This document shows positions 60,102 through 64,000 of a stretch of DNA of 64,000 nucleotides, one piece after another; the stretch's first letter is position 1, and each line of letters opens with the position of its first letter. The DNA is from Trueperaceae bacterium. Lineage in GTDB: Bacteria; Deinococcota; Deinococci; Deinococcales; Trueperaceae. The stretch lies in the NCBI GenBank assembly GCA_035703635.1, contig DASSXV010000010.1, positions 1 to 64,000 of the forward strand, written 5' to 3'. The translations under genes and the position numbers were made by a program. Under the pieces are notes generated by a model, which saw nothing but the letters and a program-made list of their open reading frames with translations, was not told the origin of the DNA and searched no databases.

Positions 60102-60123
60102 GGTCTTGCCTTATCCTACCCAC

Positions 60124-60717
60124 ATGAAGATCTACACGCGCACGGGTGACGACGGCAGCACCGGACTGTTCGGTGGCTCGCGAGTGGGGAAGGACGACGC
60201 CAGGGTTGAGGCGTACGGCACCGTTGACGAGGCCAACGCCGCGCTAGGTTTGGCCCGTGCCGAGTTGGCCAAGGAAGGCCCGGTAGAGCCTGAACTAGAA
60301 GCCGACCTCGCGCAGTTGCAGAGCCTGCTCTTCGACCTCGGCGCGGACCTCGCCACACCTGGCGGAAGCAAGACGCGCGACTTCATCCAACCGATCCAAG
60401 AGGCCGACGTGGACCACCTCGAGGCGCTGATCGATCATTATTCGGAGGAGTTGCCACCACTCACGCATTTCATCCTGCCTGGCGGCACCGCTGCCTCCGC
60501 CGCGTTGCAACTGACGCGCGCGGTGCTTAGGCGCGCCGAGCGCCACGCCGTCGCCCTCGCACGCCACGAAGACGTGGGTCACCACGTACTGCCGCTCCTC
60601 AACCGCCTGTCGGACTTGTTCTTCGTGCTGGCGCGCGTCGCGTGCGTCCGCGCCGGCGTGGCGGAGGTCGTGTGGGTGGCGCGCAAGCCGGAGCGCAAGC
60701 GCCGCCCAACCAGCTAG
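60124..60717 (+). CDS. ATP:cob(I)alamin adenosyltransferase (PduO type)
   Basis: MKIYTRTGDDG, AYGTVDEAN, FILPGG, RRAER, NRLSD. Confidence 0.94.
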   Translation: MKIYTRTGDDGSTGLFGGSRVGKDDARVEAYGTVDEANAALGLARAELAKEGPVEPELEADLAQLQSLLFDLGADLATPGGSKTRDFIQPIQEADVDHLEALIDHYSEELPPLTHFILPGGTAASAALQLTRAVLRRAERHAVALARHEDVGHHVLPLLNRLSDLFFVLARVACVRAGVAEVVWVARKPERKRRPTS

Positions 60718-61784
60718 CGGGGCTGGCGGAGGTCAGTCACGCTGTTCAAGCCGCGACGGTCGAGCTCGGCGGAGATGCCCGTGAGGATCTCGCGTACGAC
60801 CTCGGGCCCGCGGTAGATGAACGCCGTGTAGAGCTGCAGCAGGTCGGCGCCCGCTTCGAGCCTGGCGATGGCGTCCTGACTGCTCCAGATGCCGCCTACC
60901 GCCACGACGGGCAACGCCGTGCGCTCGCGGATCTGTTCGAGGACGCGCATGGCGCGGCCAGCTAGCGGCTTGCCAGATAACCCGCCCTCCTCTGACCGGT
61001 GTGCCGAAGTGAGGCCGTCACGCGCGAGGGTCGTGTTCGTCGCCACCAGGCCAGTGGCTCCGGCGCCACCAGCGGCGTCCACCAGGTCGGCGAGTTCGGC
61101 GCCGTCCAGGTCGGGGGCCAGCTTCACCAGCACGGGCTTGTGGCCAAGCGACCCTCGAAGGTCGTTGACTACCCGTAGCAGCTCAACGAGGGGTTCCGTG
61201 CGTTGCAGCGTGCGCAGCCCCGGGGTGTTCGGGGACGAGACGTTCACCACGAGGTAATCGGCGACGTTCCACACGGCCGTGAGGCCCGCGCGGTAATCGT
61301 CGGCCGCACCGTCGATGCTCGCCGCTCGCGATTTGCCGACGTTGACGCCCAAGACCGCTCCGCTGGCGCCACGCCGTAGCGCCGCCAGCCGCTCCGCGAT
61401 GGCCGTGGCGCCCGCGTTGTTGAAGCCCATGCGGTTGATGAGCGCCTCGTCCTCGATGAGGCGAAAGAGCCGCGGCCGCGGGTTGCCAGGCTGAGGTAGG
61501 GCGGTGACGCTCCCCAACTCGACCGCCCCGAAGCCCATGGCAGCTAGAGCGGGGAACGCCACCCCGTTCTTGTCCAGCCCGGCCGCCAAGCCAAGTGGGT
61601 TGGGGAAGCGCAACCCGAAGGCGTCGACCGCTAAGCGTGGGTCGCTAGCCGGTGCGAGGAGGCCAAGGAGCCGAGGCAAGGTGACGGTGCGACTAGCCAG
61701 CGCCAGGCCGGACATCACCAAGTGGTGGGCGCGCTCCGGTTCGAGTTCGAACAGTGCGCGCTTGACTATGGGGTAGAAGTTCAC
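60714..61784 (-). CDS. pyrD: Quinone-dependent dihydroorotate dehydrogenase (class 2)
   Basis: [51 protein letters not shown]. Confidence 0.96.
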   Translation of the reverse strand: MNFYPIVKRALFELEPERAHHLVMSGLALASRTVTLPRLLGLLAPASDPRLAVDAFGLRFPNPLGLAAGLDKNGVAFPALAAMGFGAVELGSVTALPQPGNPRPRLFRLIEDEALINRMGFNNAGATAIAERLAALRRGASGAVLGVNVGKSRAASIDGAADDYRAGLTAVWNVADYLVVNVSSPNTPGLRTLQRTEPLVELLRVVNDLRGSLGHKPVLVKLAPDLDGAELADLVDAAGGAGATGLVATNTTLARDGLTSAHRSEEGGLSGKPLAGRAMRVLEQIRERTALPVVAVGGIWSSQDAIARLEAGADLLQLYTAFIYRGPEVVREILTGISAELDRRGLNSVTDLRQPR

Positions 61785-61879
61785 TAGGTTCCTTTGGCAG
61801 CTGCGCGCCTGCGCGCTAGGCAGTTGAGTTTACCCGAGCGGCGTTCTAGGCGGCTTCTGGGCCGTGGTAACGTCCCTTG

Positions 61880-62701
61880 GTGCAAGAGCAGCTCTTCGAG
61901 TCGGAGTTCGAGCAGTTCCTGGTCGTCCAGGAACACTTCAACGGTACACTCGGCGAGCTCGCCCACGCGCTGCGCACCCACGAGCTGGCGCCCGCTCGCC
62001 TCGACCTTTACCACCTCGTCAGGGCGTACCTCGCTTACTTCGAACACCACGCGGCCGGGGACCTCGAGCTCGCTACCGAAGCGCTGCCGCGCGTGGCACA
62101 AGTCATCGAACTCAAGACGCGCCTGCTGCTCCCGAAGCCCCCGCGAGAAGCGGAGGAAGAAGAGGAGGAGGCGGTCGCTGCCGCCCTCGAGGCGGTCGCT
62201 CTGCTCGAGGAGTTGGAGGAGGCCATCCTCTTCCTGCGCAGGCGCCGGGAAGAGCGCCGCCTCGTCGTGCCAGCGCGCGCGCCCACCCCAATTTACCCGC
62301 GCAAGGAGCGCCCGCAGCGCGTCACCCCCCGCGACCTTGCGCGTATGGCTGGCAGGTACCGGGTGGGTGGTTACTTCGAGCTTGCCATCGAACGCTTGAC
62401 GCTCGCAAGCATGGCGCGCTTCCTCCTCCAGGCCCTGAAGCGCGTGAGGCGCGGGCCGCTATGGGAACTGCTCGATGCGCGCGACTGGCCGACGCGCACT
62501 GTCGGCCTGGCGGCCGTGCTCGAGCTCGTGCGCGAGGGGCGCCTTGTCGCTACGCAGGACGAACCGTTCAGCGAGATAGTGGTGACCGCCGCCAGTGGAC
62601 GGGCAGCAGCGGATGCCGACGCCGCCAAGGACTTAGCTGGTGACGACTGGGCTGAGGACGAGTCCGACGCGGACGCGCTCACTAGCCAACCCGCAGCTTA
62701 G
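61880..62701 (+). CDS. scpA: Segregation/condensation protein A (kleisin)
   Basis: FNGTLGEL, IELKTRLLLP, AVLELVREG...Q.EPFSEI, acidic tail. Confidence 0.85.
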   Translation: MQEQLFESEFEQFLVVQEHFNGTLGELAHALRTHELAPARLDLYHLVRAYLAYFEHHAAGDLELATEALPRVAQVIELKTRLLLPKPPREAEEEEEEAVAAALEAVALLEELEEAILFLRRRREERRLVVPARAPTPIYPRKERPQRVTPRDLARMAGRYRVGGYFELAIERLTLASMARFLLQALKRVRRGPLWELLDARDWPTRTVGLAAVLELVREGRLVATQDEPFSEIVVTAASGRAAADADAAKDLAGDDWAEDESDADALTSQPAA

Positions 62702-63549
62702 AACTCCAGGGTTCCCTCTTCAGCTAACCGCCGCGCCATCATCTCGCCTACCGCCACGGCGGATGTCGGCTCCGCGCCGTCCTCCATGCTCCACACGGCA
62801 GAGAGGCCAGCCCACGCGAGGGCCCAACGCCGTTGCCGTGCGAGGTCGAGACCAGCTGCCGCCGCCGATATCGCCAGTTGCCGCTCGACCAGTTCTTGCT
62901 CGGGCGGCACGACCACGTCGCGGTCGAAGAGGTGGTGTACGTGGTCGAAGCCGCGCTCGCCGTAGAGTCCCTTCGGGTCGATCGCCAACCAGCCGCGCTC
63001 CTCACCGAAGTCGAGGACGTTCTCATGATGCAAGTCGCCGTGCAGCACGACCTCGTCCTGCGGAGCGGCCAGCAGTTCGCGCGCAGCGGCTGCACTGGCG
63101 CGGAACACGCCCCCGAGGCGCTCCGCGGCTGGCCATAGGTCGCGGAACCAGCGCTCTAGCGTCACTAGCCGTGGCGGAGGGGCAGCAGTGCGCCCGAAGT
63201 GCAGCGTAGCGGCAGTGTCGGCGAGGATGCGAGTCGCCCCTTCGTCGTCGCCGCTTTCGACCATGCGTAACAGCGAGCGCTTACCCTCTGCCCGCTCCAG
63301 CACGAGCGCGCCCGTCCCCTCGTCCCATGCGAACACGGTCGCCGCACCCTCGCCTGCCCACCACGCCATGACCCGGCTGCCACTGCGCTCCTCGTGGCTG
63401 CTCGGGACCTTGAGCATCGCGGGCGCGCCTGCCGCCAGGCGCACTGGCAGGAGGAGGCTACGGGTGTAGCTCGTGAAAGGCGCCCCGTCTGGCACGAGAG
63501 CCCAGGCGTCAAGGTACTCACGGAAACCTTCGAGTGCAGGGTCGTTCAT
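62698..63549 (-). CDS. APH(6)/StrB-like aminoglycoside phosphotransferase family kinase
   Basis: AMLK, WWAGEGA, LVLERA, LHGDLHHENVL, WLAIDPKG. Confidence 0.85.
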   Translation of the reverse strand: MNDPALEGFREYLDAWALVPDGAPFTSYTRSLLLPVRLAAGAPAMLKVPSSHEERSGSRVMAWWAGEGAATVFAWDEGTGALVLERAEGKRSLLRMVESGDDEGATRILADTAATLHFGRTAAPPPRLVTLERWFRDLWPAAERLGGVFRASAAAARELLAAPQDEVVLHGDLHHENVLDFGEERGWLAIDPKGLYGERGFDHVHHLFDRDVVVPPEQELVERQLAISAAAAGLDLARQRRWALAWAGLSAVWSMEDGAEPTSAVAVGEMMARRLAEEGTLEF

Positions 63550-63572
63550 GCCGTGGAGCGAATGGTAACCGA

Positions 63573-63611
63573 CGCGGGCGCCGCCGACTCGAATGGTCGG
63601 CGGCGCCCGCG
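63573..63611 (-). terminator. Hairpin downstream of typA
   Basis: 16-bp stem CGCGGGCGCCGCCGAC / GTCGGCGGCGCCCGCG, 7-nt loop. Confidence 0.75.
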
Positions 63612-63629
63612 AAGAGCGTTCCGCGTGGC

Positions 63630-64000
63630 TTAGGCGAGCGCCTTGCCGCGGTCCCGCTTGCGCATGTTCGGGTCGAGGATGCGCTTGCGCAACCGCAGCG
63701 CCTTCGGGGTGACCTCGAGGAGCTCGTCGTCGTCGAGGTACTCGAGGGCTTCTTCGAGGCTGAGGCGCTTGGGTGGCGTGAGGATGATGTTCTCGTCAGA
63801 GCCGGAGGCGCGCACGTTAGTGAGCTTCTTGTTCTTGCAGATGTTGACGTCGAGGTCACCCATGCGCGAGTTGGCGCCAACGATCATGCCGACGTACACC
63901 TCGGTGCCTGGGACGATGAAGAAGATGCCGCGGTCCTCGAGCTTGTACATGCTGTACGCGAACGTCTCGCCGTTCTCCATCGAGACGAGTGACCCGTGGT
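63630..64000 (-). CDS. typA: Translational GTPase TypA/BipA (C-terminal part; 5' end outside the window)
   Basis: [49 protein letters not shown]. Confidence 0.95.
   Translation of the reverse strand, partial: HGSLVSMENGETFAYSMYKLEDRGIFFIVPGTEVYVGMIVGANSRMGDLDVNICKNKKLTNVRASGSDENIILTPPKRLSLEEALEYLDDDELLEVTPKALRLRKRILDPNMRKRDRGKALA

Overview
High-GC, densely coding chromosomal segment (about 55 CDS, 2 tRNAs). It most likely comes from a member of the Deinococcota (Truepera-like), inferred from the ClpC N-terminus [19 protein letters not shown], the GyrB motif [18 protein letters not shown], a Thermus c552-like cytochrome and many leaderless-type starts. Content is mostly core: gyrB, topA, recO, recR, ybaB, dnaX, radA, clpC, glyQS, trpS, proA, folC, plsY, hpt, ispG, pyrD, dgt, scpA, partial typA, tRNA-Ala(UGC) and tRNA-Leu(CAG). 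It also carries a complete alternative complex III operon (actABCDEF plus a final gene). I found no integrase, transposase, phage gene or CRISPR array. Most notable observations: (1) dnaX stops right after an A_AAA_AAA slippery site followed by a 6-nt spacer and a 9-bp hairpin, and an unannotated 221-codon -1 frame carries a tau-like C-terminus, so the long subunit would need recoding (the reverse of E. coli); (2) the last ACIII gene looks like an ActG-like anchor fused through an Ala/Pro linker to a Thermus-type cytochrome c552, and the operon promoter has a DosR/DevR-like box; (3) TopA ends in a sigma-70 region-4-like domain; (4) two divergent gene pairs each have a 22-nt gap with one shared TANNNTA -10 element; (5) a leaderless 24-aa uORF is coupled to clpC. 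All homology calls are motif recognition by eye; no searches were run.
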